From positions 19,951-83,950 of the IMG/VR virus record IMGVR_UViG_3300003702_000965: a stretch of DNA of 64,000 bases. One strand, written 5' to 3'. The first letter of the stretch is position 1. The number at the start of each line of letters is the position of its first letter. The translations under genes and the position numbers were made by a program. The notes beneath the pieces are model-generated. The model saw only the letters and a program-made list of their open reading frames with translations, was not told the origin of the DNA and ran no database searches. Below, piece by piece: positions 28,435 through 38,230 of this stretch. Source of the DNA: a virus.

Positions 28435-29369
28435 ATTCACTTAATTTTTCCACTTTGATTAGGTGGCTGATAACTATTCAAGACTCGGGGTATCCTTGGA
28501 CTTTGCAAAAAAACCCAAAGGGGGTAGACAGGTGCCTTCTTTCGTCAGCTAGCCTTTTTTGTAAGCTCTCTAAAATTTACGAAAATTATTTTCAACCCGA
28601 CAAAGAAGAATTGAAAAAAATTATTTTATCCTTCACTAGAAAAAAGGATGGCATGCTGGAAGACATATCCGGCAAACAGAATATCATATCAGAGACGAGG
28701 CAGGCTTTTTCGGGCTTGAAAAATATAGGAGAAAAACTTCCCCCTTTTGACCCTTCTGAATATTTTCAAGAGCCTCTTTATTTTCTACAAGACGACGAGT
28801 GGGACAACCCTTGGGGCGCTGGAGCGCATCTTTCTCATTATTTGTTTTTCATGAAACAAACAGGACAAACCTCGAAAATTAGCGAGGCCTTAGATAGGAT
28901 TAAAATATATGAACACGAAGACGGCTGGTATAGAAACAAGCCCGACGATCACACTTTAGTTAATGGGATCATGAAAGTCATGACGGCTTACGACGCTGCC
29001 AAAGTAGAAATTCCCGCGAGTTTAAAGGAAACTATATTAGACTACGTTTTTAAATATGCTTGCGAAGGTGGCGGTTGTGGAATTTACGACTTCGTCTATG
29101 TTGTGGATAAATGTATGGACTTGGGGCTTCACACCGACAAATGTGAGAAATCTTTAAAGAACTGTTTTGAATTCATATTGAAGCACCAAAAGAAAGATGG
29201 AGGGTTTTCTTATAACCTTAATCAGTGTCAAACAAGCTTTTACGGTAGGCGCATAGCCGATCCGTTTGCGTGTGGGGACGTTCATGGAACGACTTTACTT
29301 AGCATGGCTTTAGTGAGAATTGATAGTGGTTTAAATTTAGATTATAATCTGTCTTTCGCGGTTACATGA
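28431..29369 (+). CDS. Hypothetical protein with prenyltransferase/squalene-cyclase-like repeat
   Basis: 'HQKKDGGFSY...DVHGT' and 'HEDGWY'. Confidence 0.45.
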   Translation: MNSLNFSTLIRWLITIQDSGYPWTLQKNPKGVDRCLLSSASLFCKLSKIYENYFQPDKEELKKIILSFTRKKDGMLEDISGKQNIISETRQAFSGLKNIGEKLPPFDPSEYFQEPLYFLQDDEWDNPWGAGAHLSHYLFFMKQTGQTSKISEALDRIKIYEHEDGWYRNKPDDHTLVNGIMKVMTAYDAAKVEIPASLKETILDYVFKYACEGGGCGIYDFVYVVDKCMDLGLHTDKCEKSLKNCFEFILKHQKKDGGFSYNLNQCQTSFYGRRIADPFACGDVHGTTLLSMALVRIDSGLNLDYNLSFAVT

Positions 29370-30142
29370 ATAAGATAGTTGGAATTTGTTTATTCAAAGA
29401 CGAAGAGATATACGCTGAAACCGTTATACATAATATAATTGACTTTTGCGACAAGATTATTATCATAGATAACAATTCCACCGACAAGACCTTCGATATA
29501 GTAAGAAAACGCTTCTCGTCTAGTCCCAAGGTGACTATGTTAAAAATGGAAGACCATTTAGCTTCGGGAAGAATGACGTATTCTTTTTTCGGATCAAAAA
29601 CTTTTCTTTTTGCGGTAGATGGTGACGAAATATACGATAGAGACGGGTTAAAAGCTATGAGACAAAGAATTAAAAATGGATTTTTCGACAAAGTTTGGAA
29701 AATCAGCGGAACCTCTTTCCACGTTAACGATGTCTCCTCTACTTGCGTTTCAGGTTTTTCCTGCCCTCCCAATAAGCATGTGACGAAACTTTACAATTTT
29801 AACGTTATAAATTCTTGGGATCAAGGCGAAAGACTACATGGGGTTGGCTTAAATCCACAGCCATATTATAAAGAGAGTCTTATTGATGTAAAATTCGCAA
29901 ATGAAAGAGGCTTGGAAGAGTCTAATCAAGTAGATTGGAGATTCTCTGAATTTAGGTGCCTGCATATGTGTTTTGTTCGAAGATCCCAACGAGACTCCGA
30001 GGATTCAAATTTTCGGTGTGAAGCTGGCTTCTATAGACCAGCCCCAATAGGGCACGATTTTAATTATAAAGCTATAAAATACGGGCTAGGGCCTACTCTA
30101 AAAATAAAAAGATCCACCTTGAAGCCTTTCCATTTGCCGTGA
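29366..30142 (+). CDS. Glycosyltransferase family 2
   Basis: 'KDEE', 'IIIDNNSTDKT', 'VDGDE'. Confidence 0.8.
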   Translation: MNKIVGICLFKDEEIYAETVIHNIIDFCDKIIIIDNNSTDKTFDIVRKRFSSSPKVTMLKMEDHLASGRMTYSFFGSKTFLFAVDGDEIYDRDGLKAMRQRIKNGFFDKVWKISGTSFHVNDVSSTCVSGFSCPPNKHVTKLYNFNVINSWDQGERLHGVGLNPQPYYKESLIDVKFANERGLEESNQVDWRFSEFRCLHMCFVRRSQRDSEDSNFRCEAGFYRPAPIGHDFNYKAIKYGLGPTLKIKRSTLKPFHLP

Positions 30143-31095
30143 TAGACGAACTCCCCAAAGATAAAACTTTCGTTTTCGGCATGTGCCCTAATAGACACTC
30201 TGCCGGAGGAGGGGGCACGAAGTTTGTTAATTATTTTAGCGAAAAGCTTGTTGGGAGAGCTTCGTTTTTTATTAACTCCAATGAGCCTGACCCTGATTAC
30301 ATTCTGCTTTTCGATCCTAGACATTTAGATTTTTCAGGCAATTGGCTTAGTCTCGATGTTCTAAAAGAGATCAAAGCTAGAGGCATAAAGAGTAAAATCA
30401 TCCACAGAATAAACGACATAGGATACCCTAAGAATAGACCACCAGAGTATGTTGACGCTGTAATAGAAATGGCTAATTTATCCGATAAGGTAATTTATGT
30501 TTCTGATTTTGTTAGAGATTATTATGGAGACAGGATAAAGACGGAGTACGAAGTCATACCAAACGGCGTAGACGAAAGGATCTTCACTTTTAAGGAATAT
30601 TCTTTTGATAAACTTAGGTTCGTTACACACCACTGGTCTTCTGATCCCATGAAAGGCAAGGTTCTATACGATTTCATAGACGAAATGTTGTCGGATTTAG
30701 AGGGGGAGGCTGAGTTCACCTATATTGGGAACCCTCCCAAGGGGTCAAATTTCAGAAGAACCAACGTGATAAAACCCCTTTACGGAGAAGAGCTGGCTAA
30801 TGAAATTAAAAAGCATAACATTTATGTTTCTGGTTCCCAGCATGAACCCTGCGGCATGCATAAACTAGAAGGAGTTGCCTGCGGACTTCCCATAATGTAC
30901 AATGTAGACAGCGGAGATTCGTACCTTACGTCAGATTATGGAGTCGGCATAGAATATAACGGTTTTCCCAAATTTGGTATTGCTTTAGCTGAAATGATGG
31001 GAAACCATAAGCGTTTTTATGATAAAATAGTTAATAATTTTGATTTATATTTAGAAAATAGATGCGTTAAGTATTTAGAATTTATAACGAAATGA
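30139..31095 (+). CDS. Glycosyltransferase, GT4-like
   Basis: 'GGG..F', 'VIPNGVD', 'SQHEPCGMHKLEGVACGLP'. Confidence 0.85.
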   Translation: MIDELPKDKTFVFGMCPNRHSAGGGGTKFVNYFSEKLVGRASFFINSNEPDPDYILLFDPRHLDFSGNWLSLDVLKEIKARGIKSKIIHRINDIGYPKNRPPEYVDAVIEMANLSDKVIYVSDFVRDYYGDRIKTEYEVIPNGVDERIFTFKEYSFDKLRFVTHHWSSDPMKGKVLYDFIDEMLSDLEGEAEFTYIGNPPKGSNFRRTNVIKPLYGEELANEIKKHNIYVSGSQHEPCGMHKLEGVACGLPIMYNVDSGDSYLTSDYGVGIEYNGFPKFGIALAEMMGNHKRFYDKIVNNFDLYLENRCVKYLEFITK

Positions 31096-32003
31096 AATAT
31101 TTAGTTACAGGAGGTTTCGGGTTCATAGGCTCCCACTTAGCCGTTAAGCTTATTAGAGACGGCCATCACGTTACAATCATAGACGACTGTTCCTCTGACA
31201 GCGTCTCATCCCCCCCTTGGCATGATAATTGTGACTTCATCAATTGCGACATCATCAACACCCAGTTCTATGAAAAATTTTTGAATGGTGTTGACGTAGT
31301 GTTTCATTTAGCCGCTAAAGCTAGGGTTCAGCCCTCTATAGCTGATCCTGTTTATTTCGATTATACCAATGTTCATGGTACAGTTAACCTATTCAAAGCG
31401 TGCGTCGACGCTGGAGTCAGAAAAATTGTTTTTAGTTCGTCCTCTTCGGTTTACGGGGACGCTGAAATGCCTACTTCAGAAAATCATCGGCTTTCCCCCC
31501 AAAGTCCTTATGGTTTACAAAAGAAGATAGGGGAGGAGTATCTCGAACTTTTCACCAAGATTTACGACATAAAGGGGGTTTCTTTGAGATATTTTAATGT
31601 TTACGGAGAAGGAATGCCCCTTGGAGGGGGTTACGCAACCGCCATTGGCATCTTTTTAAATCAAAGAAGGAATGATAAAAAAATCACCATATTTGGAGAC
31701 GGAGAACAGACTAGAGATTTTACTCATGTAAACGACGTTATCCAAGCTAATATATTAGCGGCTACGGCTACCACAGAGGGACTTGAAAATTATGAAGTTT
31801 TCAATGTGGGGAACGGGGACAATGTTAGCGTGAACGAAGTAGCTAAATTAATAGGAGGAGACATACAGTATCTAGCGCCTAAAATTGAACCCAAAGCTAC
31901 ACTTGCGGACAACTCAAAAATTAAAGAAAAACTAAAATGGGCTCCTACCGGAAATTTGCATAAATGGATCCCCGAATACAAGAAAATCGCGAACATACAA
32001 TAA
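31092..32003 (+). CDS. NAD-dependent nucleotide-sugar epimerase/dehydratase
   Basis: 'TGGFGFIGSH', 'SSSSVYG', YxxxK 'YGLQK', 'LRYFNVYG', 'GDGEQTRDF'. Confidence 0.92.
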   Translation: MKYLVTGGFGFIGSHLAVKLIRDGHHVTIIDDCSSDSVSSPPWHDNCDFINCDIINTQFYEKFLNGVDVVFHLAAKARVQPSIADPVYFDYTNVHGTVNLFKACVDAGVRKIVFSSSSSVYGDAEMPTSENHRLSPQSPYGLQKKIGEEYLELFTKIYDIKGVSLRYFNVYGEGMPLGGGYATAIGIFLNQRRNDKKITIFGDGEQTRDFTHVNDVIQANILAATATTEGLENYEVFNVGNGDNVSVNEVAKLIGGDIQYLAPKIEPKATLADNSKIKEKLKWAPTGNLHKWIPEYKKIANIQ

Positions 32004-32004
32004 A

Positions 32005-33129
32005 ATGCAAATATTAAACATAACTACAGCTAGACAAATTAGAAATAAAATGGATCCGAACGAAAAGTGTGTTGTCATCACTGGCGTCACAGGCCAAGAC
32101 GGAAGTAATATGGTTGATTATCTACTTGATACGTCTCATTCCATATGGGATAATGGCTTACATGTATACGGCGGAGCCAGAAGATTAAGCCTCGACAACC
32201 ATACAAATATTGAACATTTAAAAGATAACGAGAATTTCTCTTTAATAAACCTAGATATTACCGACACTACTTGCGTTAATAGAGTCATAAAAGATCTGCA
32301 GCCAGATTATTTTATTAATTTTGCGGCGCAAAGCTTTGTCGGGAGTAGCTGGGACCTTCCCAAGCAAACTTTCGCTGTTAACGCTACTGCTGTTTTGGAT
32401 ATGCTTGAGGCTATTAGACTCTATGCTCCTCTTTGTAGATTTTACCAAGCGGGTTCTAGCGAAGAGTTTGGAGATGTCGCCTACGCTCCACAGGACGAGA
32501 AGCATCCCTCAAGACCAGTTAGCCCTTACGGAGCCTCTAAGGTTGCCGCTAGGGCTTTAGTTAAGGTTTATAGAGACTCTTATAATCTATATGCTTGCGC
32601 TGGCTTCCTTTTTAATCACGAAGGAGTTCGTAGAGGCGAGGAATTCGTAACCAGAAAGATTACTAAGGGGGTAGCTCGGATAAAACAAGCTATGATAAAT
32701 GGGGAAAAATTCGAACCAATACAATTAGGCAACGTGAACTCCAAAAGAGATTGGTCTGATTCGGAAGATTTCGTGCACGGCGTTTGGCTTATGCTTAATC
32801 AAGATAAGCCGGGAGAATATGTTTTATCTAGCGACGAAACTCACGAAATAAAGGAGTTCGTTTCTCTAGCTTTTAACGCGGCTGGGATCGATGGACACTG
32901 GCAGGACGAAGGCATGGATGAAAAATTTGTAACTGATTTACATAATTATATTCTTTCTGAAGTCAATGAAAAGTTCTACAGGCCAGCGGAAATTGATTTG
33001 CTTTACGGAGACTCTTCCAAGGCAAGAAAAGAGCTAAAGTGGGTTCCTAGGGTGTCTTTTCCTCAGCTTGTTCGCAAAATGGTTTCTAATGATTTGAGCT
33101 TGTTGGGAATTGATGACATTTCTTCTTGA
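32005..33129 (+). CDS. gmd: GDP-mannose 4,6-dehydratase
   Basis: 'ITGVTGQDGS', 'AAQSFV', 'SPYGASK', 'FNHE..RRGEEFVTRKIT', 'KRDW', 'YRPAE'. Confidence 0.93.
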   Translation: MQILNITTARQIRNKMDPNEKCVVITGVTGQDGSNMVDYLLDTSHSIWDNGLHVYGGARRLSLDNHTNIEHLKDNENFSLINLDITDTTCVNRVIKDLQPDYFINFAAQSFVGSSWDLPKQTFAVNATAVLDMLEAIRLYAPLCRFYQAGSSEEFGDVAYAPQDEKHPSRPVSPYGASKVAARALVKVYRDSYNLYACAGFLFNHEGVRRGEEFVTRKITKGVARIKQAMINGEKFEPIQLGNVNSKRDWSDSEDFVHGVWLMLNQDKPGEYVLSSDETHEIKEFVSLAFNAAGIDGHWQDEGMDEKFVTDLHNYILSEVNEKFYRPAEIDLLYGDSSKARKELKWVPRVSFPQLVRKMVSNDLSLLGIDDISS

Positions 33130-33154
33130 CTCCGCTGAAAGCGTTTGGTACTTT
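33126..33154 (+). promoter_or_regulatory. Sigma70-like promoter starting the recombination/replication block
   Basis: TTGACT-N17-TACTTT, spacer contains GAAAGCGT; GTG 6 nt downstream. Confidence 0.7.
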
Positions 33155-33160
33155 CCTCGG

Positions 33161-33520
33161 GTGACTGATTCTGGAAAATATAAGTATTTGATAGAAAATT
33201 TCTTATTCGATCATAAAAAGTGCAATTTCTTTCATCAGCGCAAACAGGCTAAAAAGTTGATCTCATTTTTCCCAGACATAGAATTTTGGAAATGGCTAAA
33301 GAACAATTACAAGGATTATCAAGTTTATACGCTTGTATCTTATTTGAAACCGGACAAGCTTGCGTTTTTAAGGAAGCAATTAAAGGTGATGGGTTTCAAG
33401 TTCAAGGAAAAACGAACATACGTTCTCTCTGATGAAAAATTCGGGAAAGATAAAGAGATGCGCCCACGAAGGTTTAGCACTTTAGATTTTTTAAGATATG
33501 GGAAGAAAGAAGAAGGTTAA
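33161..33520 (+). CDS. Hypothetical basic protein
   Basis: Listed as 33110..33520; start moved to GTG 33161 because the listed N-terminus spans the promoter. Confidence 0.65.
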   Translation: MTDSGKYKYLIENFLFDHKKCNFFHQRKQAKKLISFFPDIEFWKWLKNNYKDYQVYTLVSYLKPDKLAFLRKQLKVMGFKFKEKRTYVLSDEKFGKDKEMRPRRFSTLDFLRYGKKEEG

Positions 33521-34595
33521 TACAACCGGAGGCAATGAGCCTTGGGAGCAGATCAAGCAATACCTTTCGGATAACGAAGAGTATCACAATGATTTCGACG
33601 AGGAGATTGATTACACTGTTTCTAGTGGTAGTCTTTTGTTAGACATGGAGATGTCAGGAGGGCTTAGGCCCTCTGTTATAAGGGCTTCTGGCGTCGCAGA
33701 AGGGGGGAAGACTTCATGCGCTCTATCTTTCGCTAGGAACTTTCAGAAAATGGATAATAGCATGGTGGTGTTCGTAAAAGCCGAGGGAAGATTATCCAAA
33801 GAAATGATAGAAAGAGCAGGGGTAGACACTTCGGAAGAAAAATGGTGCGTCAGAAGGACGAACATTTACGAACATGTTTTAAATTTCCTGAGGTATTTAG
33901 TCCAAGATAACCCGAAGGGATGCAAATATCTATTTATTATAGATTCGATGGACGCTTTAGTGAGGCATTCTGATTTAGATAGGCCCTTTGAGGAGTCCAA
34001 CAAAGTTGCCGGAGGATCTACTCTTAGTTCTGACTTCTTAAGAAAGATTGCACTTAGTCTTAGCGTAGGTGGTCACATTTTGTTTCTGATCAGTCAAGTC
34101 AGAAGTAAGGTTTCCATAAATCCCTACGACAAAGGAGATCCTAGGCTTACAAATGCTTCGGGAGGAAACGCGCTTCTTCATTATAGCGATTGGATTTTAG
34201 AATTTCAACCCAGATATAGCGCCGACTTTATCAAGGAAAAAGACGAGCAAGGGAAGGAGGTTATAGTTGGCCACTTTTGCAGAGTCATCTTGAGAAAAAC
34301 TCCCAATGAAAAGACTGGTTCTTTGGTTAGATACCCCATCAAACATTTCAGGAAACATGGCGAAAGCATTTGGGTAGAACAGGAGCTTATTATGATGATG
34401 ACCGCTTTCCATTGTATATCCACTAAAGGCCCTTGGATTACCTTCTCCGACGAAATGTGCGCAGACTTCGATAAAAATAAAATTGAGTATGAAAAACAGC
34501 ACCAAGGGATGGAGAAATTTAGAAAATATCTGACGTCAAATAAAAAACTTTCTAAGTATTTATATGATTATATTTTAGGAGCTTTTTCCAAGTAA
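33498..34595 (+). CDS. recA: RecA/UvsX-like recombinase
   Basis: 'SGSLLLD...GG', Walker A 'GVAEGGKT', Walker B 'FIIDS', 'ISQVR', 'SGGNAL'. Confidence 0.85.
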   Translation: MGRKKKVNTTGGNEPWEQIKQYLSDNEEYHNDFDEEIDYTVSSGSLLLDMEMSGGLRPSVIRASGVAEGGKTSCALSFARNFQKMDNSMVVFVKAEGRLSKEMIERAGVDTSEEKWCVRRTNIYEHVLNFLRYLVQDNPKGCKYLFIIDSMDALVRHSDLDRPFEESNKVAGGSTLSSDFLRKIALSLSVGGHILFLISQVRSKVSINPYDKGDPRLTNASGGNALLHYSDWILEFQPRYSADFIKEKDEQGKEVIVGHFCRVILRKTPNEKTGSLVRYPIKHFRKHGESIWVEQELIMMMTAFHCISTKGPWITFSDEMCADFDKNKIEYEKQHQGMEKFRKYLTSNKKLSKYLYDYILGAFSK

Positions 34596-34596
34596 A

Positions 34597-35046
34597 ATGA
34601 AAATAAGAATAAAAAGATTAGTCCCGCAGGCCACAATCCCCACAAGAGCTAATGATAGCGATGCTGGGTATGATCTATACGCATCATCAGGAGCTAGAAT
34701 AGACGGTAGATGTAGGGGAATTGTAAATACTGGAATATCCATAGCCATTCCCGAGGGTTACTACGGTAGAGTTGCCCCCCGCTCTGGCTTAGCCGTTAAG
34801 AGCGGAATAGATGTTTTAGCAGGGGTTATAGATTCTGGTTACAGGGGAGAAGTTGGTGTTGTTTTGCAGAACCTTGGACTAATGGATTTTAATTGCGAGG
34901 AGGGAGACAGGGTTGCTCAGTTAATCATAGAGAAATGTCACGACATTGAATGGGAAGAAGTTGATGAAGTGGTTAATTTAGATGATTCAGAGGACATAAC
35001 TCATTTTGTTAGAGGAGAAGGCGGATTTGGAAGCAGTGGAAGTTAA
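34597..35046 (+). CDS. dut: Trimeric dUTPase
   Basis: 'AGYDL', 'PRSGLA', 'GVIDSGYRGE', 'RVAQL', 'RGEGGFGSSG'. Confidence 0.96.
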   Translation: MKIRIKRLVPQATIPTRANDSDAGYDLYASSGARIDGRCRGIVNTGISIAIPEGYYGRVAPRSGLAVKSGIDVLAGVIDSGYRGEVGVVLQNLGLMDFNCEEGDRVAQLIIEKCHDIEWEEVDEVVNLDDSEDITHFVRGEGGFGSSGS

Positions 35047-35052
35047 CATCCC

Positions 35053-35469
35053 TTGAAGCTATACAACGTAAACGGAAGAATCGTAGGCAAGGATGTAGTT
35101 AAGTATAGAATCAAGTGGAATAAAAAATGCAGGTCGAAAATCCAATACAAAGTAAAACAATTCCTGAAGCCTTACTGGAAGAACCACATATGCTTCGAGG
35201 AGTTCCCTGTTTTCGGGACTAGGCTGAAAGTAGACATGATTAACTTTACCAGAAAAGTAGCCATAGAAGTTCAAGGAAACCAACATTACTCCTTCAATAA
35301 ATTTTTTCATTCTAATTCTAGATTAAAATACTTGGAGTCAATTAGAAGAGACAATCAAAAACAAAACTGGTTAGAGCTTAATAAGATAAAGTTAATAGAA
35401 ATTTTAGAAAATGAAGTCGACAATTTGTCTAAAAAGTTTTTTTATGAAAAGTTCAACCTTAAGTTATAA
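35053..35469 (+). CDS. PD-(D/E)XK endonuclease (Vsr/DUF559-like)
   Basis: 'EEFPV...KVD...AIEVQGNQH...RD..K..W'. Confidence 0.7.
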   Translation: MKLYNVNGRIVGKDVVKYRIKWNKKCRSKIQYKVKQFLKPYWKNHICFEEFPVFGTRLKVDMINFTRKVAIEVQGNQHYSFNKFFHSNSRLKYLESIRRDNQKQNWLELNKIKLIEILENEVDNLSKKFFYEKFNLKL

Positions 35470-35486
35470 GGGGTGTAACCATAATC

Positions 35487-35804
35487 ATGGCGGGATTTAA
35501 GTTCCCAACTTCGGTCTTGAACCAAATAGACGAATGCTCCAAAGGGGGATTCATTCTCTTCACCATAAACGGTGAAGGAGATCCCGTTGTGTTCAGTAAA
35601 TTTGACGATTCTACTTCCGCCTTAGCCTTGCAGTACTACGCAAAGAACTGGACGGAAGTCATTCATGAGATCAACAACAAAGCGACTTTCTCCAACATAG
35701 CTAGCACCATGGAAGAACAAGAACGGGAACAAGAAGAGGAAGACGAGAAGACTGACGACTCGTTCATCGACTCAGACGAAGACGATGACGGCTTTTTGAT
35801 TTAG
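35487..35804 (+). CDS. Hypothetical protein with acidic tail
   Basis: 105 aa; GTGTAA motif 8 nt upstream (35473). Confidence 0.7.
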   Translation: MAGFKFPTSVLNQIDECSKGGFILFTINGEGDPVVFSKFDDSTSALALQYYAKNWTEVIHEINNKATFSNIASTMEEQEREQEEEDEKTDDSFIDSDEDDDGFLI

Positions 35805-35805
35805 T

Positions 35806-35834
35806 TTGACTTTCAAGAAAGCGTCTGTTACCAT
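35806..35834 (+). promoter_or_regulatory. Sigma70-like promoter for dnaB
   Basis: TTGACT-N17-TACCAT, spacer contains GAAAGCGT; ATG 9 nt downstream. Confidence 0.7.
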
Positions 35835-35843
35835 TCCTTTTCA

Positions 35844-37325
35844 ATGGAGATCTACTCTCTTCAAATAGAGAAGCATGTTTTAGGTGGGCTGATTAAAAAT
35901 CCCAAGTTTTTTTATGAAATAGATCGCTTTGTCAACGAGGACGACTTCTACCAGCCGACTCACGGCACAATATTTTCCGTCGTTAAGAGTCTGATTCTAT
36001 CGGGAGGCAATGTGGATAAAATTGTTGTTTCTGAGAAGATTAAGAATTTGGGGATATCTTTTAAGGATGATATTAATATTTATGACTATATAGAAAATTT
36101 ATCTTTCACTCAAATTACCAGCAAAGGCTTAATGGAATCCTGTCGAGAGCTTGTGAAGCTTAGAGTCAGGAGAGAATTAATAAGCACATGCGATAAAATT
36201 AAAGATTACGTTAAAGGGTCGGGATCGGACAACGTAGAGGAGATAATATCACAAGTTGACAAAATTCATTCTGAGAAAATAGATAGTTATTCTTTTTCTG
36301 ATGAGCCGGTAAATTTATTTGACGGAGCGGAAGATTTAATTGAGGAAATAGGCAGGAATCCTGTCGAAGAATCGGGGCTTCAAACGCCATATCCAGAGTT
36401 TAATAGACTTTTTGGTGGCTTAAAAAAAGCTAACGTGTATGCAATAGTTTCCAGACCAGCTCAAGGCAAAACGACATGGATTAACGACATGGCTTTTAAA
36501 ATCTCCGTTGATAGCGAAGTCAGTACTTTGGTTCTTGATACGGAAATGAGCACTCAAGAGATGCAGTTTAGGATGGTAGCATCATTGTCAGGTGTTCCTG
36601 TTTGGTATTTGGAGACTGGCAAATGGAGACATAATCAAGAGATGGAGGTCAAAGTGAGAGCGGCCTTCAAAAAGGTTAAATCCTATAAATATTTTCACTA
36701 CCACGTGGGGAATAAAACAATTGATGAGGTATGCTCTATAATTAGAAGGTGGTATTACTCCAAAGTCGGAAGAGGGGAAAAATGTTTAATCGCTTATGAC
36801 TATGTTAAACTTACTGGCGAGAAAGTCTCTTATAATTGGGCTGAGCACCAAGCCATTGGAGAGAAAATAGATAAGTTAAAAAGAATATCTGAAGAAATAT
36901 CTTGTCCTATTTTAACCGCCATGCAAATGAATAGATCCGGGGAAAGCTTTAACAGAAATTCAAGCGGCTTGGTAGACGATGCGTCGGCAATATCTCTGTC
37001 AGACAGGCTTCAGTGGTTCGCTAGTTTCGTCGCTATATTTAGACGAAAAACCATAGATGAAATTGCCCTAGACGGGGACGAATTTGGCACACATAAACTA
37101 ATACCCTTAAAGACCAGATTCCAAGGCAGGGACGCCGCCGGTCACCATGATCTTATATTGAGGGAGATGGAAGATGGGTCGGAAAAATATACAAACAATT
37201 ATTTAAATTTTGATGTTCAAAATTTTGACGTTGAAGAGAAGGGATCCCTCAGGAATGTTGTAGACGCGCAAAGAGAACAACACACCCTTGACGATGTTAG
37301 CACTTCAGATGGAGAATTAATATGA
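35844..37325 (+). CDS. dnaB: Replicative DNA helicase, DnaB family
   Basis: N-terminal 'EKHVLGGL...DFY..H', 'RPAQGKT', 'DTEMS', 'YDYVKL', 'QMNR'. Confidence 0.92.
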   Translation: MEIYSLQIEKHVLGGLIKNPKFFYEIDRFVNEDDFYQPTHGTIFSVVKSLILSGGNVDKIVVSEKIKNLGISFKDDINIYDYIENLSFTQITSKGLMESCRELVKLRVRRELISTCDKIKDYVKGSGSDNVEEIISQVDKIHSEKIDSYSFSDEPVNLFDGAEDLIEEIGRNPVEESGLQTPYPEFNRLFGGLKKANVYAIVSRPAQGKTTWINDMAFKISVDSEVSTLVLDTEMSTQEMQFRMVASLSGVPVWYLETGKWRHNQEMEVKVRAAFKKVKSYKYFHYHVGNKTIDEVCSIIRRWYYSKVGRGEKCLIAYDYVKLTGEKVSYNWAEHQAIGEKIDKLKRISEEISCPILTAMQMNRSGESFNRNSSGLVDDASAISLSDRLQWFASFVAIFRRKTIDEIALDGDEFGTHKLIPLKTRFQGRDAAGHHDLILREMEDGSEKYTNNYLNFDVQNFDVEEKGSLRNVVDAQREQHTLDDVSTSDGELI

Positions 37326-38230
37326 TCGACAAAGTTAGAGAAGTTTTAGAGGAAATAGGATACACTAACATAAAGGATCTTGGCATGGAGTTTAGGATGA
37401 GACCCATATATCGAGATTCCGATAATGATACCGTATTAAGAGTTAAAAAGGACACAGGATTTTTCGTTGACTTTAAAGAGTCGATATCAGGTTCGTTGGA
37501 GGACCTAGTCAAAATCACTTTAAATCTAAAAGACTTAAGCGAAGCTAAGGTTTGGATGAAAGACAAAACCAACTTCCAAGTAACTCGCGCCCAGACGAAG
37601 TCCAAGCTGAAGGAGCCTAGAACTTTCCCAGAAGACACTCTTGACGCAATGGTCAAAGATCACTCTTATTGGATTTCTAGGGGCATAAGCGAAGACAATT
37701 TAAAACTATTCGGAGGAGGCGTAATCAAAACTGGTCGAATGAAAGACAGATACGTTTTTCCAATTAGAAACTACAAATCACAAATAGTAGGATTAGCGGG
37801 GAGAGATTTAATAAACAATAAAGACAACAAATTAAGACCTAAATGGAAACTCGTTGGAGATAAATCTACTTGGAGATATCCTTTCCAGTTTAACCACAGA
37901 TATATCACGAAGTCTAAACGCGTAATAGTGGTGGAGAGCATAGGCGACATGTTGGCACTATGGAGCTCTGGTGTAAAGATTACATTAGTTTCTTTTGGGT
38001 TGGATTTAAGTATACCATGCTTGAATGCTTTGCTTAAAATCGATCCTCGCAAAATATTCATTTGTTTTAATAACGATTCTTCTGGCGCTGGAGACGCAGC
38101 TTCGACTAAACTCAGAAAGAAGCTTTTAAAATATTTTGATCCAAACCAAGTAGAAATTAAGCTACCTTCTGGATATAATGACTTTGGGGAGATGTCAATA
38201 GACGAAATAAAAACATTCTTTGAATCATGA
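37322..38230 (+). CDS. DNA primase (TOPRIM, DnaG-like)
   Basis: 'RGIS', 'RYVFPI...IVGLAGR', 'VVESIGD', 'FNND..GD.A', 'NDFGE'; follows the helicase. Confidence 0.85.
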   Translation: MIDKVREVLEEIGYTNIKDLGMEFRMRPIYRDSDNDTVLRVKKDTGFFVDFKESISGSLEDLVKITLNLKDLSEAKVWMKDKTNFQVTRAQTKSKLKEPRTFPEDTLDAMVKDHSYWISRGISEDNLKLFGGGVIKTGRMKDRYVFPIRNYKSQIVGLAGRDLINNKDNKLRPKWKLVGDKSTWRYPFQFNHRYITKSKRVIVVESIGDMLALWSSGVKITLVSFGLDLSIPCLNALLKIDPRKIFICFNNDSSGAGDAASTKLRKKLLKYFDPNQVEIKLPSGYNDFGEMSIDEIKTFFES

